In this document: positions 1 through 8,553 of the stretch, in pieces | Position numbering within the stretch: position 1 is the stretch's first letter | How the letters are laid out: each line of letters starts with the position of its first letter | Assembly (NCBI GenBank): GCA_964658025.1 | Contig: CAZZXB010000007.1 | Coordinates: forward strand, 11,038 to 42,430 | DNA length: 31,393 nucleotides | Direction of reading: 5' to 3' | Source: an uncultured Janthinobacterium sp. | GTDB taxonomy: Bacteria; Vulcanimicrobiota; Vulcanimicrobiia; Vulcanimicrobiales; Vulcanimicrobiaceae | Made by a program: the position numbers and the translations under genes | Notes under the pieces: model-generated | Told to the model about the DNA's origin: nothing | Databases searched by the model: none | Seen by the model: the letters and a program-made list of their open reading frames with translations, nothing else

Positions 1-1287
1 AGCAGCCTCTTCGGCGACCTGTTCGGCATCCGCACGGCGCTCAGCAAAAAAGGCGTCACGCTCACGGCTTCGGAGACCAGCGAAGTCTTGGGCAACCTCG
101 GGGGCGGCACGCGGCAAGGTTTCGTGTACGACGGCCTGACGCAGATGGACGTCCAAGCGGACCTCTCGCGCTCGATCGGACTGTACGGTGGGACGCTCAA
201 CCTCAGCGCCTTGCAGGTGCACGGCCACAGCTTGAGCGCCGAAAACCTCGCCACGCTCCAGACGGCGAGCGGTATCGAGGCCGATCAGGCGAGTCGCGTG
301 TGGGAGCTGTGGTACCAACAGCGCCTCAATCGCGAGAACACGTTCGATATCAAGGTCGGTCAGCAGAGCCTCGATCAAGAGTTCATCGTCAACCAAAACT
401 CGTTGCTCTTCGTGAACACGATGTTCGGATGGCCGATGCTGCCGTCGGCCGATCTTCCGAGCGGGGGACCCGCCTATCCGCTCTCGGCGCTCGGCGTTCG
501 GTTGCGCGCTCGTCCGTCTCCCGCGTTCACGCTCCTCGGCGGCGTGTTCAACGGCAATCCCGCGCCGACGACGATCGGCGATTCGCAGAAGGCCGATCCG
601 TCCGGGCTGAGCTTTCCCACGAACGGCGGCCTCCTCGCGATCGGCGAAGTGCAGTACACCTATCCGGTTCTCGGCGGAATCACGTACGCCGATCGACCCG
701 CACCGCTCGCGCGCACCGTCAAAGTCGGGTTCGCGTACGATTCCGAGAATTTCCCGGATCTCGCGATCGATACGCTCGGGCATCCGCTCGCGAGCACGAA
801 CTCGAACGGAAATCCGGCGACGCATCGGGGCAACGCCTTCGCTTACGCGACGATCGATCAAGAACTCGCGCAGAACAAACGCGACCCGTACAAAACGCTC
901 AACGCCTTCGCGCGTGCGATGGGGACGCCGTTCGGAAACCAAAACCTCATCGCGTTCAGCATCGATTCCGGATTGACCCTACGCGAGCCGATCAAACGGC
1001 GCCGCGACGACACGATCGGGCTCGGCATGGGTTACGCGAAGGTGTCCGCCGGCGCGGCCCGGGCCGATGCCTTCGCCGGCCGATTCGCCGGCGGCTTCTA
1101 TCCGGTGCGCAACGGCGAGACGTTCTTCGAAGCGACGTATCAGTATCAATACAACTCGTTCATCCAGTTCCAGCCGGACTTCCAGTACACGCTCGACCCC
1201 GGTGCGGGTTTGGCCAATCCCAACTCGCCCAATCGGAGAATCGGAAATGAACCAATCATCGGGCTTCGCACGATCATTCAGCTCTAA
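1..1287 (+). CDS. oprB: Carbohydrate-selective porin, OprB family (5' end lies outside the window)
   Basis: Frame 1 is open from base 1 (SSLFGDLFGIRTALSKKGV...). OprB-like motifs: SEVLGNLGGG, RVWELWYQQ, KVGQQSLDQEF, GGPAYPLSALGVR, EATYQYQ, QPDFQY, and a C-terminal beta strand GLRTIIQL. Confidence 0.88.
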   Translation, partial: SSLFGDLFGIRTALSKKGVTLTASETSEVLGNLGGGTRQGFVYDGLTQMDVQADLSRSIGLYGGTLNLSALQVHGHSLSAENLATLQTASGIEADQASRVWELWYQQRLNRENTFDIKVGQQSLDQEFIVNQNSLLFVNTMFGWPMLPSADLPSGGPAYPLSALGVRLRARPSPAFTLLGGVFNGNPAPTTIGDSQKADPSGLSFPTNGGLLAIGEVQYTYPVLGGITYADRPAPLARTVKVGFAYDSENFPDLAIDTLGHPLASTNSNGNPATHRGNAFAYATIDQELAQNKRDPYKTLNAFARAMGTPFGNQNLIAFSIDSGLTLREPIKRRRDDTIGLGMGYAKVSAGAARADAFAGRFAGGFYPVRNGETFFEATYQYQYNSFIQFQPDFQYTLDPGAGLANPNSPNRRIGNEPIIGLRTIIQL

Positions 1288-2413
1288 AGTTACGGCATTC
1301 GTCGCGGCGTTTGCGGTGCTGCAGATCGGTGCCGCCGGGGCGGATCAGCCGCAAGGCCTCCTCGAAGGGCTCAAACGCCATACGCTTTTGGCGTCGACCG
1401 TCACGGATAACGGGGATCTCAATCCGTACGCGATAATCGTCGCACCGGTCTCCGCGGGCAAGATCAAAGCCGACGACGTGCTCGTCGACAATTTCAACAA
1501 CGTCTCGAACCTGCAGGGGACGGGAACGACGATTATCGATTATTCGCCCGCAACGAGAAAGACGACGCTGTTCGCGAAACTGCCGCAGGAGATGCCGGGT
1601 TGCCCGGGCGGCGTCGGACTCTCGACCGCGATGGTGATGCTCAAGGCCGGCTGGGTCGTCGTGGGCAGCACGCCGAGCAAAGACGGCACGACTCGAACCA
1701 AGGGCGACGGTTGCCTCTTCGTGCTCGATCCCAGCGGCAACGTCGTCGCCACGTGGGCCGGACCGAATATCGAGGATCCGTGGGGCAACATGGCCGTCGA
1801 CGATCGCGGCACGTCGGCATCGCTCTTCGTCAGCATGGCCGGCTTCGACGTTCCGAAGCCGGGCGTCCTCGACCCGGTGACCGGCGGCCCGCTCGTCGTT
1901 CGTAAGGCGACCGTGCTGCGCATCGATCTCTCCATCCCCGACGGCAAGCCGCCGACCGTCGAGAAGCAAACGGTCATCGCGAGCGGACTTCCGCAACAAG
2001 CCGACCTCGACAACTTTCTCTTCGGTCCGACCGGCGTGGCCCTCGGCGCCGACGGAACGCTGTACGTTTCCAACGCGGTCGAGAGCAGCATCGTGAAGAT
2101 CCCCGACGCGATCACCCGCACGACGACCGCGGGAACGGGGACGATCGTGACGAGCAAGGGGCTGATCGTCGATCCGCTGTCGCTGATCATGGCACCCAAC
2201 GGCCACCTCCTCTCCACCAACGGCCTCAACGGGAAGGTCGTCGAGATCGACCCCGTCTCGGGCAGGCAGATCTACGCGCAATGGCTCGACGTCGATCAGG
2301 CGCAAACGCCGCCGGGCAACGGCGATCTCTTCGGGATCGCGATCAAGCCGGACGGAACCGGCCTGTACTACGTCGAGGACGATACGAACTATCTCGCGGA
2401 GGCTACCCCGTGA
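1247..2413 (+). CDS. Secreted NHL-repeat/beta-propeller-like protein
   Basis: ATG at 1247 with GGAGA just upstream. Signal-peptide-like N-terminus (KVTAFVAAFAVLQIGAAGA). Blade-like repeats NPYAIIV, DPWGNMAVD, GPTGVALGADGTLYVSN, FGIAIKPDGTGLYYV. The ORF-track start at 1067 is a shadow extension. Confidence 0.75.
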   Translation: MNQSSGFARSFSSKVTAFVAAFAVLQIGAAGADQPQGLLEGLKRHTLLASTVTDNGDLNPYAIIVAPVSAGKIKADDVLVDNFNNVSNLQGTGTTIIDYSPATRKTTLFAKLPQEMPGCPGGVGLSTAMVMLKAGWVVVGSTPSKDGTTRTKGDGCLFVLDPSGNVVATWAGPNIEDPWGNMAVDDRGTSASLFVSMAGFDVPKPGVLDPVTGGPLVVRKATVLRIDLSIPDGKPPTVEKQTVIASGLPQQADLDNFLFGPTGVALGADGTLYVSNAVESSIVKIPDAITRTTTAGTGTIVTSKGLIVDPLSLIMAPNGHLLSTNGLNGKVVEIDPVSGRQIYAQWLDVDQAQTPPGNGDLFGIAIKPDGTGLYYVEDDTNYLAEATP

Positions 2414-3711
2414 GCGACGACCCGACTCAACGCGCCCGATCGTCCCGGCTGACGCGAAGCCGGCTCTTCGCCGTCACCGCGGCGATCGGCTCCGCGGTCG
2501 GCCTCGGGATGGATCCCGCATCCGCGACGTCCGAGACGCGGAGCGCGAATTCCGCCGACCGTCCCGACGCGCGCATGCAAAGCGAGGGATTCTACGGCGA
2601 GCATCAAGCCGGTATCCTCACGGCGCAGCAGAGCCATACCTACGTCGCGACCTTCGATCTCGTCGCAACCAAACGAAGCGACGTCGTCGCGATGTTGCGT
2701 GCGTGGACGGCTGCAGCCGAGCGCATGAGCCGCGGTCTGCAAGTCGCGCCGGCGACGAACGAATACGATACCGCGAAGACGATCGACGATAGCGGCGACG
2801 CGCTCGGGCTCGCGCCCGCGCGCCTGACGCTGACCTTCGGGTTCGGTCCCGGGGTCTTCGTGAAGGACGGTACCGATCGATACGGGCTCGCGGCGCAACG
2901 TCCGGCGCAGCTCGTCGATCTCCCGCACTTCACGGGCGATCAGCTCGTCGAAGGCAGATCGGGTGGCGACCTGTACGTGCAAGCATGTGCCGACGATCCG
3001 CAAGTCGCCTTTCACGCCGTGCGGCAACTCGCACGTTTGGCGGCGGGCGCGGCCGAGATGCGTTGGGTGCAGTCCGGTTTTCTCTCGGGCGATACGGCCG
3101 AGAGTCCGCGCAACTTGATGGGCTTCAAAGACGGCACGCAGACCGTGAGCGATCTACCGCGCTACGTCTGGGCCGGGAGCGAGTCGCCGAGTTGGATGCG
3201 CGGGGGTACGTACGTCGTCGCTCGCCGGATTCGCGTCGCGATCGAGCACTGGGATCAGATGACCCTCGGGTTCCAAGAACAGACGATCGGCCGTTCGAAA
3301 AGATCGGGCGCGCCGTTGGGCGCGAAACGCGAGTCCGATCCGTTGCCGCTCGAAGCGACGGACGCGGACGGCAATCCCGTCATCGCCGAAGCCGCGCACG
3401 TGCGCGTCGCGAACGCCTCGAACAACGACGGCGCGCAGATCTTGCGCCGCGGCTACTCCTACAACGACGGCGTGAGCCTCGTCGCCGAGCGTTGGCCGCC
3501 CTGGCGACAGGGCATGGAGTACGATGCGGGACTGTTATTCATCTGCTATCAGCGCGATCCGACGACCGCATTCATTCCGATGTTCGAAAAGATGTCCAAA
3601 CTCGACATGCTCAACCAGTTCGCGAGCCACACGGGCGGCGGACTGTTCGCGGTTCCGGGCGGCGTGCAGCCGGGGCGGTATATCGGGCAACGGCTCTTCG
3701 AGCGCGCGTAG
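2410..3711 (+). CDS. efeB: Dyp-type peroxidase / deferrochelatase, EfeB-like
   Basis: GTGA overlap with the upstream stop. Motifs FYGEHQAGI, LTLTFGFGP, QACADDPQVAFHA, RNLMGFKDGT (GxxDG), heme-ligand HVR, ILRRGYSY, GLLFICYQ. Confidence 0.9.
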   Translation: MSDDPTQRARSSRLTRSRLFAVTAAIGSAVGLGMDPASATSETRSANSADRPDARMQSEGFYGEHQAGILTAQQSHTYVATFDLVATKRSDVVAMLRAWTAAAERMSRGLQVAPATNEYDTAKTIDDSGDALGLAPARLTLTFGFGPGVFVKDGTDRYGLAAQRPAQLVDLPHFTGDQLVEGRSGGDLYVQACADDPQVAFHAVRQLARLAAGAAEMRWVQSGFLSGDTAESPRNLMGFKDGTQTVSDLPRYVWAGSESPSWMRGGTYVVARRIRVAIEHWDQMTLGFQEQTIGRSKRSGAPLGAKRESDPLPLEATDADGNPVIAEAAHVRVANASNNDGAQILRRGYSYNDGVSLVAERWPPWRQGMEYDAGLLFICYQRDPTTAFIPMFEKMSKLDMLNQFASHTGGGLFAVPGGVQPGRYIGQRLFERA

Positions 3712-3851
3712 TTCGCGCGCACGTCGCGTCTTCGTGGCCGTCGGATCGCCCTCGGGACTGCGAAGATCCGAGTTCGGCGGTAGAACGCGCGACGCGCCGT
3801 GCTCGCGCGAGGTCGGAGGTCGCTCCGGCACGCGGACGAACACGGCGCGCC

Positions 3852-4349
3852 ATGCACTTCTCCGTTCGATTCACGCGCTTCGTCGCGATCGCGGTAACGG
3901 TCGCGAGCCTCGTCACGCAGCTCGCATCGCGAGCGGATGCGGCGGACGATGCGGCACTCCTGCGACCGATCGAGGCGCTCGTCGTCGCGATCGAGCGCGG
4001 CGATACGGCGGGGATCGCGCGCGCGTACGCGCCCGATCCGTCGATCGTCGACGAGTTCGCGCCGTTTCGGTGGACGGGTTCCGATGCGGCGAAGCGTTGG
4101 GCGCGCGGATTCGCCGCTTCGAATAATGCGGGCAACGTGACCGATGTCGGTCTGACCCACGAAAAGCCGCGCTTCGTCACGCGCTCGGGCGAGCGCGCGT
4201 GGCTCGTCTATCCCGCGAAGTTCACGTTTCGCGTCGGCGGAAAACCCGCGTGGGAGACCGCGGCGTGGACGTTCGCGCTCGTGCGGATCGCCGGCGCGTG
4301 GCGCATCGAAGCGTCGACCTGGGCGAAAACGGGCGAGAGCGCGACGTAA
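3852..4349 (+). CDS. Secreted NTF2/SnoaL-like (DUF4440-type) protein
   Basis: ATG at 3852 followed by a signal peptide. Motifs GDTAGIARAYAPDPSIVDEFAPFRWTG and WTFALVRIAGAWRIEASTW are typical of the NTF2-like fold. Confidence 0.75.
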   Translation: MHFSVRFTRFVAIAVTVASLVTQLASRADAADDAALLRPIEALVVAIERGDTAGIARAYAPDPSIVDEFAPFRWTGSDAAKRWARGFAASNNAGNVTDVGLTHEKPRFVTRSGERAWLVYPAKFTFRVGGKPAWETAAWTFALVRIAGAWRIEASTWAKTGESAT

Positions 4350-4385
4350 CGCCGGTCGCGCGTCGCGCCCGGCGTCGACGACGCG

Positions 4386-6098
4386 TTACGTCGTCGCGGT
4401 CGCGCTCTGAGCGCCGTCCTTGCCCGTGACGCGGACGCGCGGCGGTTTCGCGGAGCGATCGGGCGGAACGAGTTGGAACTCGACGAGCTTCACGCCCGAC
4501 GTCGGGATCACGACCTGCGTGCGCTTGGGCGAGCAGAGCGTGTCGGAGCAGAACGACGCGACCCAGTGCGCCGGCATCCCGGTCGCTTCGAGCGCGACCG
4601 TCTTTCCGACGCCGCCCGTGACGGCGAGACGGTACTTGATCGTGTCGGGCGTGCTTCCCGGAAGATCGGGACCGGTCCACGGTGCGAGCGAGACGCCGAC
4701 GGCACGCGCGCCGCGCGGTGCGGCGCCGAGATCGAGCGCGACGATCCCCTCCTGCGCTTCCTCGATATCCATGTCGTGACGCGGGTTGCTCGCGGGGAGG
4801 CGGCGCGCCGTCGCGAGCGCCGACGTGAAGAGCGCGCGGGCCGCGGCATCGTCGCCGTTTTTCGCGTGCGTCCGGCCGCCGTAGAGCTGCGCGGACGCGA
4901 GGAGGCGGAGCGCTCCCGCGTCGCCCGGCTTCGCGGCGACGTCGCGCTCGCCGTTCGCGATCGCGCTCGCGAAGGTGGCGTAGGCCGCGTCGCTCGAACC
5001 GTTGCGATTCTGCGCGAGCCCGAGCGAGATCGCGGCGCTCACGTCGGTCGGGTCGAGCGTCGCGAGCTTCTGCAACGCATCGACTTCGATCGCGCGTTCG
5101 TCGAGTTCGCGCGCGGCATCGGCGGCGCCGGCGAGCGCGATCTTGTTCGTCGGATCGGCCGCGAGGATCGCCTGATCGTCTTGCAACGCGTCGCGCCACT
5201 GCTCGTTATTGGCGGCGACTTCGGCGCGCAGGCGCGTGAGCAACGTCTTGTCCTTCACCGACGTCCCGACGTCGACGAGCGCCGCGATCGCGCGATCGAG
5301 TAACGCGTCCTCCTCCGATCGCGTCCGCGACATATCGGGGACGCCCGTATCGGAGAGGACGTCTTCCACGGAGGCGACGGTCGCTTCCGCGCGGAGGGCG
5401 TTCGCCTCGATCGACGGTGCGTCGCCCGTGAAGGCGAAGCTCGGACTCGCGAGCATCGCGTCGACCTTCTGCTGCATCGGCGTCACGATCGCGACGTCGC
5501 GCTCTCGCTTCGCCGTCGCGACGAACGCCGCCAACTTCTTCGCGTCGAGCACGTCGATGTAGCGCGCGCGCACGATCCCGCGCGCGTCGATCACGTACGT
5601 CGTCGGGAAGTAACGCACGTCGTACGCTTTTTCGAACGCCGAGTCGGTCGTCGCGGCGAGCGCGTAGGGAACCGTTTTCGCGGCCGCGTAGGCGCGGACC
5701 ACGGCCGGGGTCTCGGTCGTATCGACGCCGAGCAGCGCGACGTGCTGTCGCGCGAACCGCGGCGCGCTCGCGATGAGATCGGGCATCTCCTCGCGACAGG
5801 GCGGGCACCACGTCGCCCAGATGTTGAGCACGAGCACCGAGCCCCGGTACGACGCGAGCGTGTGGGTCTTACCGTCGATCCCGCGTAGCGAGAAGTCGGG
5901 GGCGGGCGCGCCGACCTGCGGACCGTTCGTCGTCGCGGCGGGCGCGCTCGCGGCCGCGGTCGGCGTTCCGGCCGCGACGGGTGCGGGCGACGGCGACGCG
6001 GCGGAGGGCGCGGGCGACGGCGACGACTGCGCACCGGCGGCCCCGGCAAAACTCGTGACGGACGCGACGAGCGCGACGGCGGCGAACCTACGGATCAT
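4386..6098 (-). CDS. Secreted TlpA/redoxin-domain protein fused to TPR repeats and a C-terminal beta domain
   Basis: Signal peptide and Pro/Ala linker. APDFSL...VLNIWATWCPPCREEMP, cis-Pro YFPTTYVID. TPR-like helices follow (LAADPTN, LDPTDVSA, KPGDAGA), then SFCSDTLCSP near the C-terminus. Confidence 0.85.
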   Translation of the reverse strand: MIRRFAAVALVASVTSFAGAAGAQSSPSPAPSAASPSPAPVAAGTPTAAASAPAATTNGPQVGAPAPDFSLRGIDGKTHTLASYRGSVLVLNIWATWCPPCREEMPDLIASAPRFARQHVALLGVDTTETPAVVRAYAAAKTVPYALAATTDSAFEKAYDVRYFPTTYVIDARGIVRARYIDVLDAKKLAAFVATAKRERDVAIVTPMQQKVDAMLASPSFAFTGDAPSIEANALRAEATVASVEDVLSDTGVPDMSRTRSEEDALLDRAIAALVDVGTSVKDKTLLTRLRAEVAANNEQWRDALQDDQAILAADPTNKIALAGAADAARELDERAIEVDALQKLATLDPTDVSAAISLGLAQNRNGSSDAAYATFASAIANGERDVAAKPGDAGALRLLASAQLYGGRTHAKNGDDAAARALFTSALATARRLPASNPRHDMDIEEAQEGIVALDLGAAPRGARAVGVSLAPWTGPDLPGSTPDTIKYRLAVTGGVGKTVALEATGMPAHWVASFCSDTLCSPKRTQVVIPTSGVKLVEFQLVPPDRSAKPPRVRVTGKDGAQSATATT

Positions 6099-6110
6099 CG
6101 GCCCTTCTTC

Positions 6111-6896
6111 TCACACGCGCAGTTTGTACCCCGTCGCCGTCATCCGCAGGGCGACGCCGAGCGTGACGGCGGCGAGCGTCGCGGTAATCGCGATCGAGAT
6201 CCCGAGCGGCACGTCGCTACGACCGGTAAACGCATAGCGGAACGCGTCGATCATGTAGAACATCGGATTGAAGAGCGAGATGTGGCGCACGAACGGCGGC
6301 AAGAACTGCGCCGACGTGAACACGCCCCCGACGAAGACGAGCGGCGTGATGACGAACGTCGTGAACACCGCGATGTGGTCGAACTTTTCGGCGAGCAGGC
6401 CGAACACGATTCCGATCGCGCCGAACAACGTCGCGACGAGCACGGTCATGCCGAAGAAGAGCGCCCAACTCTGCGGCAGCGTGTGGACCATGAAGAAGCC
6501 GACGGTGAGGATCAACACCGCGATCAGCACCGCGCGTAGGACGGCCGCGAGGATGAAGCCCGTCACGAGTTCGACCGCAGATAGCGGCGAGACGAGTAAC
6601 TCCTGGATCGAGAGCATGAAACGGCCCTGGAAGAGCGAGCTCGACGACTCGCCGTACGTCTGATCGATCACCTGGAGCATGATGAGCCCCGGGATGAGGA
6701 ACGCCGCGTACGGCACGCCCTGCACGTTCTGCACGCGGCTTCCCAGACCGAGACCGAAGACGAGGACGTAGAGGATCGTCGTGATCACGGGCGGCCACAC
6801 GACCTGGTTGATCACCTTATAGGTTCGGACGAGTTCGCGTTTGACGAGCGTCGCGAGCCCGACCGGATTGCGGAAGCCCCACACCTCGCGCGTCAT
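6111..6896 (-). CDS. ABC-2 type transporter permease (YadH-like)
   Basis: PPVITTILYVLVFG, FLIPGLIM, ELLVSPLS, PLVFVGGVF, NPMFYMIDAFRY; about 6 TM segments. Confidence 0.9.
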   Translation of the reverse strand: MTREVWGFRNPVGLATLVKRELVRTYKVINQVVWPPVITTILYVLVFGLGLGSRVQNVQGVPYAAFLIPGLIMLQVIDQTYGESSSSLFQGRFMLSIQELLVSPLSAVELVTGFILAAVLRAVLIAVLILTVGFFMVHTLPQSWALFFGMTVLVATLFGAIGIVFGLLAEKFDHIAVFTTFVITPLVFVGGVFTSAQFLPPFVRHISLFNPMFYMIDAFRYAFTGRSDVPLGISIAITATLAAVTLGVALRMTATGYKLRV

Positions 6897-7825
6897 CGCC
6901 CGACCAGATCGAGGAACACGTCCTGTAGACTCTTGTGCGCGAACTCGACGCCCTCGATCGCGAAACCCGCCGACGTGACGTCGGCGAGCGCGGACGAGAT
7001 GCCGGAGGCCGCCATCGCGTCGAACACGATCGTCCGCGACGCGGCGTCGTACCGCGCGCCGCGCGCGGCGAGTGCCGCGCCGAGCGGCCGCGACGACGAT
7101 TCCGCGACGATCACGCGGAGCGCGGACGCACCGCTCCCCGCGAGTAACGTCGCCGTCGACTCCATCGCGACGATCTTGCCGCCCTCGACGATCGCGATGT
7201 TGCGGCAGAGCGACTCCGCCTCCTCGAGATAGTGCGTCGTGAGGATGATCGTCGTACCGCTACCGTTGAGTTCGCGCAAGAGATTCCAGAGTTCGATCCG
7301 CAATTCGACGTCGACGCCCGCCGTCGGTTCGTCCAAGATCAAGAGCGGCGGATCGTGGATCATCGCGCGCGCGAGCGTGAGCCGGCGCTTCATCCCGCCG
7401 GAGAGCTTCACGAACGAATCGTTTCGTTTCGAGGCGAGATCGAAGCGTTCGAGGAGTTCGTCGGCACGCGCGCGGACGGCGGGTCCGCGCAGGCCGAAGT
7501 AACCCGCCTGATAGATCAGCACGTCGCGGATCGAGAGGTAGCGATCGAAATTGTATTCTTGCGGCGCGAGCCCGACGAGCCGACGCGCCTCGCGCCATGC
7601 GGTGACGTTGTCGTGACCGAAGATCTCGATCGATCCCGACGTGATCGTCGCGAGACCGACGATCGCGTTGATCGTCGTCGTCTTCCCCGCGCCGTTGGGT
7701 CCGAGAAAGCCGAAGAAGTCGCCCCGCGCGACCGAGAGCGAAACGCCGTCGACGGCCGTGAAATCGCCGTACGTCTTGCGGAGATCGGTCACGCGTAACG
7801 CGGGCGCTTCGTCGCGCGCGCTCAC
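6893..7825 (-). CDS. ABC transporter ATP-binding protein (YadG-like)
   Basis: GTG start at 7825 overlaps the upstream TGA. Walker A GPNGAGKTT, signature LSGGMKRR, Walker B LILDEPT, H-loop TTHY. Confidence 0.92.
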   Translation of the reverse strand: MSARDEAPALRVTDLRKTYGDFTAVDGVSLSVARGDFFGFLGPNGAGKTTTINAIVGLATITSGSIEIFGHDNVTAWREARRLVGLAPQEYNFDRYLSIRDVLIYQAGYFGLRGPAVRARADELLERFDLASKRNDSFVKLSGGMKRRLTLARAMIHDPPLLILDEPTAGVDVELRIELWNLLRELNGSGTTIILTTHYLEEAESLCRNIAIVEGGKIVAMESTATLLAGSGASALRVIVAESSSRPLGAALAARGARYDAASRTIVFDAMAASGISSALADVTSAGFAIEGVEFAHKSLQDVFLDLVGR

Positions 7826-8553
7826 GGGATACGCTCCGCGAGCCGCTTGTAGCGATGGCGGCGCATCACGCGCACGCGCTTGTCGCGACCGGGCATATCG
7901 CTCTTCTCGAGTTCGCGCACGACGGCGTCGACGTCGAAGGCGACGCGGCGCTGTTTGATCTCCCAGCCGCCGGAACGCTCGGTGAGGAGCGAATAGCCGA
8001 CGCGCGGATCGCCGTCTTTCGGCAAGCCCGCCGAGGACACGTCCACGAGCGTTTTCTCGCGCCACACGCGCACGTACGGCAGGTGCAGGTGGCCGAAGAC
8101 GATCGTCCGCTCGACGACGCCCGCGAACACGCGCTCGAGAAACGCATCGTCGGCATCGGGCCACACGTGCTCGTCGTCGGTGAGCGGGTTCGCGTGGACC
8201 ACGAGCACGCCGTCGGCTCCCTCCGCTCCGAAGTGGCGCGAAAACGGTAACGCGCGCAGCCAATCGAGCCACGCGGGACCGATCCGTTCGCGTTGCCACG
8301 CGAGGGCCGCGCCCTCCGCGTCGTCGCCGCAATCGAGATCGAGATCCGCGAGCACCCGATCGGTATTCCCGCGCACGGCGACCGCGCCGATCTCGTGCAG
8401 GCGTTCGAGCACCTCGCGCGGTCGCGGACCGTCCATGCAGAGATCGCCCGCGATCGCGATCGCGTCCGCGCCACCCTGCGCGCGCAGATCGGCGAGACAC
8501 GCGTCGAGACCGGCGACGTTTCCGTGGACGTCGGAGAGAACGGCGAGGCGCAT
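7822..8553 (-). CDS. Metallophosphoesterase (calcineurin-like, YfcE/MJ0936 type)
   Basis: Metal-binding motifs SDVHGN, AGDL, RGNTD, VVHA, FGHLH. Confidence 0.9.
   Translation of the reverse strand: MRLAVLSDVHGNVAGLDACLADLRAQGGADAIAIAGDLCMDGPRPREVLERLHEIGAVAVRGNTDRVLADLDLDCGDDAEGAALAWQRERIGPAWLDWLRALPFSRHFGAEGADGVLVVHANPLTDDEHVWPDADDAFLERVFAGVVERTIVFGHLHLPYVRVWREKTLVDVSSAGLPKDGDPRVGYSLLTERSGGWEIKQRRVAFDVDAVVRELEKSDMPGRDKRVRVMRRHRYKRLAERIP

Noticed and set aside
3712..3851. Foldable intergenic region after efeB
   Set aside because: Pairing relies on CGCG words common throughout the window; no recognisable motif.
5930..6030. Repeated GCGGGCGACGGCGAC units
   Set aside because: They encode the SPSPAP linker of the TlpA protein; not a CRISPR or DNA repeat element.
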